Shown one piece after another: positions 11,133 to 23,615 of a stretch of DNA of 64,000 nt. Each line of letters opens with the position of its first letter. Position 1 is the stretch's first letter. The DNA is taken from assembly GCA_016748015.1 (NCBI GenBank), contig JAAOMT010000439.1:773147-837146 (forward strand). The letters are read 5' to 3'. The notes under the pieces were generated by a model that was given only the letters and a program-made list of their open reading frames with translations, did not search any database and was not told the origin of the DNA. The position numbers and the translations under genes were made by a program. The DNA is from Geosiphon pyriformis uo1 (lineage: Eukaryota; Fungi; Glomeromycota).

Positions 11133-13606
11133 ATGTTATCGTTACATTTTGACACAAGGTCACTACTTTTGACAACGAAAAGATTTCAACCACGGTTAAA
11201 CATTTTCTTCATAATTTTTCTGTCGCTTTTTTTAATTTCAAATTTGTTCGTCTCAGCTGTGCCACTTATTAAATTTCAAAAAAGACAGAATGATGACGGC
11301 GGTGGTGATATCAGTTATAGTATTGGGGGTGGGAATATTGGGGATTCAGTTTTTGTTGCTTCCGCTGATATTGACGATGCTGGCAATCTTAGCGTTGATT
11401 CCACTACCCTTGACATTTAGGGTTCCAATTCTCAACCTTATATCGGGCCTGTATCTTTTAACACTGAACTATCGACTCCCGAATCTGAATCAACGGCTGC
11501 TCAACTAACAGCTACTCCTGGTTTAACGGTTGCTCAGCTACCAACTACTCCTGGTTCAACAACTGGAACCACTCCTGAAACACCAAATAATTATGGCTCA
11601 CTCTTTGCTCAGCTACCAAATATTTCTGGTTCATCAAAAGCTCCCGAAACACTGGCTTTTTTGCCGGTCTCTGAATCATCAACCGACTCACCAAATTATA
11701 AAAGTTCAATTAATTTCGACTTTACGGTGCCAAGCGAAAAATCAGATGGTGACTTTTCTGCATTTTATGCGCCAATTGCTTTATCAACACCTTCTGAATC
11801 ACCAACCGATTCACAAAGTCCGGTCTCTGAATCATCAGACGACTCAACGAATTTTAAAAGTCAAATTAATTCCGACTTTAAGGTGTCAAGCGACAAACCA
11901 GTTGGTGACCCTTCTGTTTTTAATACGCCAATTGCCTTATCAACACCTAATGATAATAAAGTAGCTGATGCAAGTGGTAACAATACCCCATACAGTATAG
12001 CTACCAAAACAGCCAATTCAGGAACTAATGTACAATATACTCCGAGAGAAACAGAGCAACGCATTGAACAGCAAAGAAATGGAATTCAAAAACAAAACCA
12101 ACAATTAACAGAACCACACAAAGATGTTGAATGGGACACCTTATTTGGTGATATAGCGCAGAAAGTTATAGCTCAGTGGGCTTTACCAAGTCCAAAAAGT
12201 TTAGATGTTGTACGACTCCAAGAGCAAGCGAGGATTGAAAAATCAAAAAACGATAATAAACTAGATTATGAAAAATACTTGCTAGACGCGAAACTTAAGA
12301 GTAAAATGAACGAATACAACTTTAATAAAAGTGTTCTGAACGATAAAGCGCAATTGGCTGCTAGTCAGAATAGTTCTCTCCCAGTTGCTACAAGTGATAG
12401 TTCCACCCCGATTAACTCTCCAAATTCTACTACTTCTACCGAATTCAAAGATCTTGGTAGCGGGTTAAAGGATGTGACCACGAATCAAAACCTTAACTCG
12501 GACTTTACTACCTATGCCAATTTAGTCAACGCTAATTATTGTCCATCTCTACTACAAAAAAATATCGTCAAGTTGGGTAGTGATGCTGGTGTTACAGGTA
12601 GGAACTGGATTTACCATTTCCCATCAATTAATTTACTTTGTATTATAAAATTTAAAATCATTCATATTGGTCTCATTTTTGATTTATAGGATTCGCATTT
12701 GAGAGCAAATCTAGCAACGAAATTGTCATATCGTTTAAAGGTCGTACTACAAATTTTCCTCCACCAACCAAAAATTTGATCCCATATGCTGATAAGAATG
12801 GGAAACCGTATGAAAATGCCCAAGGTGCTACAGTTAACTCTGAAATTTTCTCCCAATACATTAATGACGAGGAAAATTTGATTAAACAAATTACTCCCGT
12901 ATTGGGTGGAGAAAACGCTAATTTAACAATTATTGTGGCTGGATTTGATATTGGTGCAGGTATTTTTATCATTTTTATCAAATCCTACTTCATGATGATT
13001 TCACTGTTAAATCTTATTCGACCAATGCTAAAAGTTGAAATTTTTTTAATTAGGTCATGCAATATTTACAGCTCTTACATTGAAACGAACTTTAAATAAT
13101 CGTGATATTAAAGTATACACGTACGGTGAATCGCGTCTCGGAAATTCCAAGTTTGCCGGATACGTTGATAATAGCTTATCCGGTTCGGTCTTCCGTATCA
13201 CAAATAATAACGATCCCAACTCTAACCTTCCCTCTACAGCCGACGGTTATCAACATCATACAACCGAATACTGGCAATTTGTCACTTCAAAAACCCAGAG
13301 ACTGATCGAATGCAGTCCATTCGAAGGAGCGGAAAACCAGGTATGCTAAGGAGTTTTTTTTATTAACGGACTTAAAGAGCTAAATTTGGACTCGATTAAT
13401 CAATATATTAATTAACGCAAAAATCTTTTTAGAAATGTAATGCACGGTGGACTCAAGCCGGCCAAAATCAATCATCCGCGGCAATGCACAAAGGACCATA
13501 TTTTGGTGTGGTTTTTGGAGAGTGTCCGACATCACAATCACAGAGTAATAGTATTAATAATAGTAATAGTGGTGGTGGTGGTGGTGGTGGTGGTAGCAGT
13601 TCTTAA
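11133..13606 (+). CDS. Secreted class-3 lipase-fold protein with long Ser/Thr/Pro-rich N-terminus; catalytic Ser replaced by Asp; one internal TAG
   Basis: Leader NIFFIIFLSLFLISNLFVSA/VP..KRQ. Exons 11133-12597, 12690-12959, 13054-13340, 13433-13606. Lipase_3 motifs: YANLVNANYC, EIVISFKG, IIVAGFDIGAGHA, VYTYGESRLGN, FRITNNNDP, YQHHTTEYW, HKGPYFG..GEC. In-frame TAG at 11418-11420. Confidence 0.85.
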
Positions 13607-13929
13607 AATTCATAATTGCATTGCATTGATATCTGACTTATACATTTATCATTTGAGCCTTTATTCATATTAAACTTGGTAATTTTAATAGTAAACTCAA
13701 CATTTTAAGAATGAAATTTTGAAATAAAAACTTCACAATAAATTTTAGAAACTAATTATTAAACTTTTCTGAATGAATTGTTTTACAGGAATTTAATAAA
13801 ATTTTTCAAAGTCCATCCAATTCGCTATCATTTTAAAAATTTTTGATAGTTCCAAAATCTTCAAAAAATATAAAAATTCGTAAAACTTTTAGAACTCCAA
13901 TAATCTGACATGACTTACAAGGATGTTTT

Positions 13930-14773
13930 TTTCATAGTATCAAAGAACTCTTTAGCTAACAAGCAGCGATCAGAAACTTCAAGGCTTATTAATTTTCCGT
14001 TAATATTTCTTAAACAATTCTGGTATCATGATTTTGAAAATTATTTTCTAGCAAGAATCTTCGGGATCATTAATACAATTGGGTTTTTAGTTGTTTTTAT
14101 AAAAGCATTTTCCATAATTAATTTCTTTTGCATCAGAAGCGTTTATTTCATTAGTTTTCGTCATTAATTTTTTCACTTATTTGCTCTTGCTCTTGATCAT
14201 CCCCGAGTCGATATCCCTGAACTTTTGGTTGGGCATCTACCGAAGCAGTTTCTTATTGTATTGTTGTTCTGATTAATTATTTGAGTAATTTTTATCAAGG
14301 GTGTTGGAATTTTTCATTACCATTTGAGATATCACTTTTCCCTGAGGTGTATAATCCTCCAATAACTGGATTGTAACCAGTTTGACCGTAGAATTCCGTT
14401 AAAAGTACTGCAATTAACTCTTTGGTTGAAGGAACAGATGTTTCATAATCATTTTTAGAATAAGGATTGTCAGGAATATTGCCTCCAACACTCAAATTAT
14501 TAATATAATTTGAGTTCGGCGTTGGTTAGATACCTCCGTTAGAGGTTAAATCGGTATTTGGATCGATTGAATTTACTGGATAACCGCTTCCATACAGTTC
14601 TTGCTCTTGTTCCTGTTCTTGTTCTTTGGTCAATTTCGTTTAATAAATTTTTAATAAATTGACGAAGATGGAGTATCGGAGTTGTAATGCTTAATGTTGT
14701 AGTTAGCAAAAAATTAGAATGAGCAAGAAAATGTTTGTGGTTTTAACCGAATTTATATTTTTTAATTTTGCAT
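13930..14773 (-). pseudogene. Decayed secreted-protein gene, possibly the N-terminal part of another lipase-family paralogue
   Basis: Leader NIFLLILIF/LLTTTLSITTPILHLRQ resembles that of the 11133 gene. Followed by EQEQEQEQE and N/S/P-rich coding-like sequence with many stops. No lipase domain seen. Confidence 0.4.
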
Positions 14774-15879
14774 AAAAATCAATTTAATAAATATCATAAT
14801 AAAGATTATAATATTATCTTAATATTTTTTATTACAAATAAATTGGAATATTCATTCAAAATTTGTTAAATTAGTTAAAAAATATATTTATAACATGTTA
14901 ATAGTTAGCAAAAAAAAACCAAAAAAATGAATTGATACTAAAATATTAATATTTCATTTAACCAAAAAAAATTGCAAAGACAAGATCAATCTAGTTGCTT
15001 ATTCCCATAACTGAAATAGATTCAGTCACTCTTTTTATATCAAAATATTCATATATAATATAATTAATTAATGATATAACCATAATAAATAAATAAATGG
15101 TATTTAAATGTTTATAATAAATACGGAAAATTTATTTGGTTATTTTAAGCTTAATTTAAACGAAATTCCAAAAGTTGATCTTGTTATAACTTTAAAAAAT
15201 CAAAAATATAAATAATAAATATTGATTTTTGATAATAACTTTATTTAATTTACAATATTATATACATGTTTTTAATAAACGAAATTAATAGTTTAAAAAT
15301 AAATTTTAAAAAGAAAAGTAAATTATTACTATTGTTTTTTACCATATCATATTAGAAAGATTCTTTCTTTCCAAATATTGTTGGGATGGTTAAGGTGCAG
15401 CAAATGATCACAAAATGAAAATTTCAAATTTTGGCCAGGCCTTAGAATCAAACTGAGTAAAAAGATTTTGGCTACATAGTCTATCAGGTTTAGTATAATT
15501 TTTATGGATAATGTGCACCTGCACCTAGCTTCTAACAAATAAATATTAAATAATTTTAAAGTTACCTGAGACTGCATTACTTCTTTGGAATTGTCAAAAA
15601 AACTTTTATTTCTGTTAAGAATATTTATTTGATTCTCTACATTTCAGAGTTTTAGCCCCTTTTTTTTATTGTCATTATTTTCATCACCAGTGCATGCTCT
15701 ATTGTATAAACGTTTCTTTATATCCGTTAGATTTTGAGATTTTTAACTTTTAGTCGCAATCAGAATTTTAAATGCTTAAATTTTATAATCCCAAATTTTC
15801 AAAAAAAAAGATATTTTTCCCATAATAGAGCATATCACACATGCCTGTATAAATTACACAACTTATATCTATTAGCTAT

Positions 15880-16339
15880 GCTGAATACCCTTCTTATCTA
15901 TAATTCCGTCATTTAACGAAATCTGGAAACTATTATTTTTATCAAGTGTAAAGTTCATCGATCCGGTTAATATCTTTATGAAAGGAAAAAAGAAACTAAT
16001 AAATATAATTTAGGAAAAAAAGATGGATAAAGCCGATTTCAGATTCTTCTTTCGCATTCTCAGAGATTACAATGTAATCTAAATTAAAACTCCATAATGT
16101 TTGAATTAATCATACCCTTCGAGTGGTGTGAAAATTGAATAGAGAAGCTATTCATTTTCTATCTCGTCTTTTAAACTATTAAAAACTTGAAATGTTCCTT
16201 TCACCAGATAGAAAATAATCAAATTGTGTAAGGCTTATTAATCAAGATGTCCTTAAAAAAGTATTTCTTTTTTATTCGATATTTATTAAAGTTTAAACGA
16301 TTATTCTATTTCATATTTATTTATTGTATCTACTATTAC

Positions 16340-16424
<85 letters not shown>

Positions 16425-16500
16425 TAGCTTTAACCTGTTCTCGCAGGCTAATAGCAAAATTTTGAAATTTCAAAAAACATACTATAATAAATTCAATCAA
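15880..16500 (+). repeat. Dispersed non-coding repeat, homologous to ~28970-29520
   Basis: Colinear shared strings: aagttcatcgatccg.ttaatatctttatgaaaggaaaaaagaa, aaattaaaactccataatgtttgaa, cctttcaccagatagaaa, taaggcttattaatcaagat. Confidence 0.9.
16331..16423. repeat. (TAT)n microsatellite, about 30 units
   Basis: Direct reading; it produces the poly-Tyr ORF at 16247-16465. Confidence 0.97.
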
Positions 16501-17198
16501 TAATTTAAATTGGTAAAAATACGATAATGACAGAAATTTGGTTTCGGCTTTAGAATGGCAATAAAAATAGAATTCATCCTGGAGAATTAGTATCAAAGTT
16601 TTAACTGAATTTATATAACTGCTATCTTTAAAAGATAGGATATCAAATGAAAAAAAGGTGTGTAAATGCATGGATTAATAGACACCACATGGATAGATTT
16701 ATTATTTCCGCGCTTATTTTTAACCCAAAGAGGCTATAAAACACATTTATCCTAAGTATAAGTTAAAAAAAATCTAGCCTCACAAAACCTCTGAGGTATT
16801 AAAAATTTTATATGTAATAACTTACATCACTATAAAGAAAGATGATGTGCTGTGATCAATGGCTTCATCATTAACCCTCCAATAAAATCTCACTAGTTGA
16901 AGGTACACATTTTATTCGTCAAAAAAAAATTCCTTTTTATATATATGAATAAAATTTTTTATTCAAGAAAGCAATTATATTTTCAAATTAACTTAGAAAT
17001 TCTTTGCTATTGATTATTTATTTTAAAATTTTTATTTGTTAAAATTAGCTTAAAAAAAATAAGAAGTAATACTTTTTATATTAATGATTTACTATAAAAT
17101 AAATTTTTTCAACAATATTGTATTACATTTATATATTATTTTATAATAAAATAAAAAATATAATAAAAGTTACTTTATATTTTTATATAACTTGTTAT

Positions 17199-17200
<2 letters not shown>

Positions 17201-17250
<50 letters not shown>
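17201..17250. repeat. (AAT)n microsatellite
   Basis: Direct reading. Confidence 0.95.
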
Positions 17251-17253
<3 letters not shown>

Positions 17254-18897
17254 TCATAAAAAAACTGTTTTAAATAATATTCTCAAAAAAAAAAGTTATT
17301 AAATTAGTTGAATAACTATTTCAATAAAAAATATAATTTTCATTAATTTGTTTATAATATTTTTATAAAGTAAAATTAAACAACAAATAAAAAAATTCAT
17401 TGCAAGATATTTTTTATAATTAATTTATTAATTTAATTATTCATTTCAAATTTTTTTTACCAAAATTTTGTTCAACAGATTTAATAAAAAAATTAAAATT
17501 AAAATTATTGGAAAAAAGTTTTTTTTAACAGAATTAAAATACATCTTTACTAAACATCCTTACAATTAATATATTATCTATATATATATATTTATATAAT
17601 TTCATATTTATTAATAAAAAACTTGGCAAAACAAAATAGAAAAGAATACAGATACCTACAATAAATTACCAAAACTTATTCTACATGACGTCAATCATTT
17701 AAAAGATTGGATTTTCCAATTATACTTGTATTTATTAACTTGTAAATATCAGTTATGTACTTTTATTAATTCAAATTCGAGGACTTTAATATCAATATCT
17801 TGAATTTTTGCCTTTAGTTTTGATAATTGCAGGATGAGTTCGATTGGAAAGATTTGCAATAAATAAATTGAAATTTCAACCTAGATTTCCAAATTTTGAG
17901 TTAATCATTAAACAATCGGTCCGATTTTAAATTTATGAAAGAAAATGAGATATCGCAATAATTTTAATTTTTCAAAAATTCCTTAATTAATACACCACAA
18001 GTTTCAAAAAATTTATGAAATTCTATATATACAGAAAAAACTAATTCTTTTCGAGAAACAAAAAGTTTAATGTAAAAAAGATTTTAGGAAAGGGGTTCAA
18101 CAATATTTTTACAGTTATCATTTTGTTTATCATTTGTGTGAGAAATGATATAACATTCCAGTTTTTTTATAATCATCAAAATTATCATCACCATCACCAT
18201 CACTATCACCATCAAAAGTAGCGCCTAAAGCACATACACCATTGATCTGTGAGAAGTTTGAGGAGCTAAAAATCAATCTGCATTTTGCGTAATTGCTCCT
18301 TCTATAAATAAGAGGAGGGAAATTTTAGCGGGTCAGCAATCATTTCTTCTATTATGTGGTCCGTTATAGACAAGTCTCCGCTCTGAAGTTATTTCCTTGC
18401 TATAAATATTTTTTGCTAAAGAAATCGATTCGAAATGTGGTCACGATCATGCTTAATCTGCAGCTCGGGATTGGACACACAAATTTTCAAATGTTATTGT
18501 TTAAAAAGAAAATTAATTTCAAAGATTAATTAATTTGTTTGGAATCTCAGGCAGATGGTATTTTGATAGGCTAAACAAATAGTGTTATTTATAGATTTGG
18601 AAATACATGATAGAAAAGTGAGCGAGTGACATAAGAGTTACTTCATAAGAGCAAATTTTGAAATAAACAAATGAATTTCCAGTGTCAATCAAAATGGGCG
18701 CTTGATTTATTTCCTTTTTTTTTTTTGTAGAAAATAAGAGTTTTTTTCTATAAAAACGTTTAAATGACACTTTCAAATATTGAGATAAAATTAAGTTACA
18801 ACTATTAATCCATTTTTAATATATATAAATCGTTTCCTTTGAAACTAAAGAGAATTAATTCAAAATCCATAAGAGATTCTAATTATTAGAGTTTATT

Positions 18898-20975
18898 ATG
18901 GGTTTCTTATACATAATCGCCTTAATTGCCGTATTTTACTTTTTTAAAATCAAATTTTCAAAAGCAAAAACCTATCGTGGAAAGCAGTTGCCTGTACCAC
19001 CAGGAGGGATTCCGTTTTTTGGTAAAAAATTTAGATTTTTTTTTTCTTTATAGAACTCTAAAATTTTTGATTTTATTAAAATTTATTTAGGACATATTTT
19101 TTCGCTGGGAAATGATATCCCTAAAAAGTTTGCATCATTTTTTAATTTCATATTTATTATAATTACGTGTAAAAATTAATAATTTTATTTTATCTTATAC
19201 ATCAATTTTTTACAGGTTTTCTGAATGGCGTGAAATATGTGGTGATATCTTCATGATTTATCTTGGTCCTATCCGTATTATTATCCTCAACAATCCTAAA
19301 ATTGTTGACCACCTTCTTCTAAAACGTGACTATATTCTTTTTTTTTTTCATTCAAGAGTTTACAACTATTTCGAAATTAATTTTTTTATTGATTATAGGA
19401 AGTGCGATTTATTCTTCGCGTATAAAAGATTATTTGGCTACTATTGGGAGCCAAAAGAGTTTTGGTTTATCACCTTATAATGAATGGTATAAAAAAATGT
19501 CGCCTTTAGGTCAGGAAAACGAATTTTTGCTTTTATATTTTTTCAATAATATTTTTTCTGACATCAATTTAATCTTTACCTTTAAAAGTACACGATTTCT
19601 TAAGTCAACGTAAAGTCGAATCTTACTCTGATCTTATAGCAGAATGCACTCATGACCTAGTTTTGAGGATGTCAAAGGATCTTAATAAACCAGAAGGAAT
19701 TGAACCTTCAAATTACCTCCGTTTCACATCATTGAATATTATCATAAATGTCATTTTTGCAATTAAATTTGAAAATTTTAAAGATCCCCTTTATAAAAAG
19801 TTAAAACAATTCTTTAAAACAATTATTGAACTAGGGAAATTTAGAAACCAGATTGCAAATCGTTACCCAATTTTATACTCATTTCCTCCCTTCCGAAACG
19901 AGATTCCAAAAGCTCTTAAATTACATGAAGAGTGGATGATGATAATGCAAGACCTGTTGAAAAGGGTAGAAAATGATAAGAAGTCATGCGTTGCTCAAGA
20001 CTTTTTGAAGAGGCAGAAAGAAGGGTTAATCGATGAAATGGATGTGATCAGTCTGTGTGGAACTTTTTTATTTGCAGGAACAGTACGTCTTAAATTACAT
20101 CTTATATTAACCTAATTGCTTTTGTAAAAAATATTGAACTTTAACAATTATTTTCTATAATAAAAAAAAAATAGGAAACTGTGGCATCTAATATATATTG
20201 GCTTATTGCACAGTTAGCCAACAATCCAGAGTTTCAACAAAAAGCTCATGAAGAATTAGATAGAGTAGTTGGAAATAAACGTTTGCCAAATACTTCCGAC
20301 TTTTATTCCCTTCTATATATCCAATCGCTCATTAAAGAAACTCTTCGTTGGGCTCCTCCAGTTCTGAAATATTCTTTTAATATTGCTTAACGTCGTGCTT
20401 TTCAAAAATTAATGAATGATACCTCTGTTTTTTCTAGATCCAAGTCGTCTTTAGGTATCTTGAACAAGATGATACATATATGGGATATCAAATTCCAAAA
20501 AGTACAAGCATTGCTATGAATATTTATGCGTTGAACTCTGACAAGAATCGATACGAAAACCCCAATATTTTCAATCCAGATCGATTTATGGATTCAAAAA
20601 AACGTTTTGCCATTTCAGCTAAAGGTTCCTATCGAAATCGAGATCATTATACATTTTCAGTTGGAAGACGAATATGTGCCGGGATTTTCTTAGTAAGTTT
20701 GAATGGTTATTTATAGAAAGAACAAAAAAATATCTAATTTTCTTTTTATTGATAAAAACTCTGTGCAGGCTGAACTCGAATTACTTTATCTCTCAAGCAC
20801 GCTACTTTGGGCTTTTAAATTCGAAAATCCTAATCAAGATGCCATGGGAAAATCTATTCCTATTGGTTTAAGCGTCTCTCGCAGCACTATCTTTCAAAAT
20901 CCTAATCCTTATAATGTTCGAATTATTCCGAGGCATTCCGAAATTGAGGCTATTTTATTAAATAAACTTGCTTAA
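18898..20975 (+). CDS. Cytochrome P450 monooxygenase, 8 inferred exons, apparently intact
   Basis: Membrane anchor MGFLYIIALIAVFLLF; proline hinge LPVPPGGIPFFG|HIF; I-helix LFAGT|ET; K-helix ETLR; PDRF; heme motif FSVGRRICAG; stop TAA 20975. Seven GT-AG introns join the frames. Confidence 0.95.
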
Positions 20976-22089
20976 GAAGACATTTAAAAGCAAATATTTC
21001 TCTAGCTAACATTTTTAATAATTTTTCTAAAGAATCAATAAATGCTTAGCAAGTAATGTTTCAAAAAATAAATTTGCACAGAGTGATATCTTTAGGAATT
21101 TTAGCTTATGTTATTTCGAATAATTTATGATCCAACTCCAATTATTATTATTTTATCTATAACAATCTAAAAAATTTAAAAAATTTAAAAATTGATTTAA
21201 TTAGATAATTTTAATTACAACACATACAATAATAAAAGGCTTTTCAAAATGGTATGCTAAAAGTAAAAGGTCGCAAAATGCACTCATGATACCTACATGT
21301 ATAAAGTGAATTTTTGATTAAAAAAATAATTAAATATATAAATTATTTAGAATATATATTTAAAAATGTTGTATTATTATATTTCTCTTGATAAAACTTT
21401 TATCATTATTAACTTTTTTTGCTAAATTTTTTGTTGAATCCATAAAAAAAATTTATATACCGAAAATTAATTTATTTAAATATTGTTACTTTTAATTTAA
21501 ATTTTTTAATTCTTTGTGTATCTTTTATTTTTAACAATATATGTTTTAATTCAATGAACTATTGATTATACTAAATTACAGTAAATTTTTTTTCAGTATT
21601 GTCTTTTATTCTTAAATAATACATATAATTGCTTTTTTAATCAATCAATTAATCAATCAATTAATTAATTAATTAATTAATAATTAATTAATAATAGTTG
21701 AAAATTCATAATATTTTAAAGAATTTTATTTATTATTTATTAAAGATAGATCTAGCTACATTTATGTTTACAAATGTTAAAATTTTCATTGATAATTTTT
21801 CAGAGAAAGTAGTATTTATTTGAATTTATTTTTATATTAAGTAAAGAAAACTAAAATATAAAATTATATAATTGATTATTTATACTTTCTTCAAAAAGAC
21901 TATTGTTTAAATTGTTTGTTTTTTTTAAATAAACTGAAATAAATATTTTTCTTTTTGTTTAAGAAATTTTTATTTGAATTTTTAATTGTATTTGACATTT
22001 AATTTTATGTTTGTTATCAGATTCATTATTATTAAAAATTAAATTTATTAAAATTAAAGAAATATTTATTACATTTTATTTTATTTAAT

Positions 22090-22160
22090 TAGATCAATTA
22101 TATCAATTTAGATAAATATGACTTAATAAAGCAAATAAGATTTATTTCATTTAAATATTG

Positions 22161-22232
<72 letters not shown>

Positions 22233-22330
22233 TTTATAAACCAAACTCTTTTAAGAATAATTTTGTGTGTTAAGCTGTGACAAAGTTTTTTAAAAAAAAC
22301 CATTTATTAAATATACTTTATAAAATTGCT
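22090..22330 (+). repeat. Dispersed repeat homologous to ~28397-28570, containing an expanded (AAT)n at 22161-22230
   Basis: Shared agatcaattatatcaattta, gcaaataagatttattt, gttaagctg, atttattaaatat. In addition, 21753-21790 matches 28355-28385. Confidence 0.75.
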
Positions 22331-23615
22331 TATGCCAATTTGTATTTTTAATCAAGTTAAATTAATTTGACTTATATAATAAAATTAAAATAACAAAAAA
22401 CAAATCAAAAAATTTTTAAAAAAGATAATAATATCATTTATATTATTAATTATAACAATTAAAAAGATAATATCAAATTATCTTTAATATATATTTATCA
22501 TATGGTGCCTGCTCTATGGTTAAGTTTATTTAATCAATGTGGAAGACTGGAAATATATTCTCATTTATCATCTTTGGTCATGTGTTAAAATTGCATGATC
22601 TATAACTATAGTTACCTTTACTGTACCTAGCATAAATAATAAAAGGACCTCACTTTGTCAAAACAAAAAAAATTATATGGTATAATTTTTTTTATAATTT
22701 TTAATTTTGATAAAATACAGCTAATTGCATGAAATTCTACTTGAAATAAATAAATTTAATTTTTATAAAGAGAAATTAATATTTAATAATGTGATATTAT
22801 TTATAATAATAATCAAAATTTTTATCAGATCAGAATCATTAAACCGTTGTACATGTACTATTTATTAAAGAATTTGTGGATGATTTGGGAAGGAAACTAA
22901 TTTTATGCAAATTCATTGAGGAAAATGTTATCTCAAAGTGATATTTTCCAAATATCCAAACCAAAGATTTCTTAGATTTTTATATTACCAATAAAAAAGG
23001 CATTCTGGAAGTTCTTATTCAAAGCATCAATGATTGATTAATTTTAGTTAGCAATATTTTATCAAATGCGATTGGCTAGTTATTGTAGCTCTTTTGAATA
23101 CATATTTATTAATAATAATAGCAATATTAAACGTGATGATAAAACTTATAATTCAAATACATGATAGATAATTGTTGAACCTGGTGTAATGTTTCAATAT
23201 CATAGAATGCTAAAATAGTATGTCAAATGTGATTAAACTTATTAATGCGTGAATGATCATCATACCCTAAAATGCTGGAAAGACCCAGAAACTTGAATCA
23301 CTAATTTGGTCTTTGAAAATGTGTTTGCCCATTTCAACGTTGAGAAGGAAACGCTTTACAGTTAATAATTTTCGCATTCAAAATATAGATAAACTTCTTT
23401 TAAAATAGATAATGAAAATGAAGCTATATATGATAGTATATTTTAAATATAAATAAAGAACCGATCCCTTCTTCCAATTCTTTTTCAAGTTTAATATCAT
23501 TGCTAAAGTGCGTACATACCATGCATTACTCTATCATTGCTAATTTAATCAATACCTAAATCTAAATCGAACTCTAAAAAAAGGTGGTGGTTAAATCAAG
23601 AAAGTTTGCCAACTA

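Noticed and set aside
16247-16465. Poly-Tyr protein ORF
   Set aside because: Translation of a (TAT)n microsatellite inside a non-coding dispersed repeat.
18898-20975. Secondary-metabolite cluster around the P450
   Set aside because: No PKS, NRPS, terpene synthase, transporter or regulator visible in the window.
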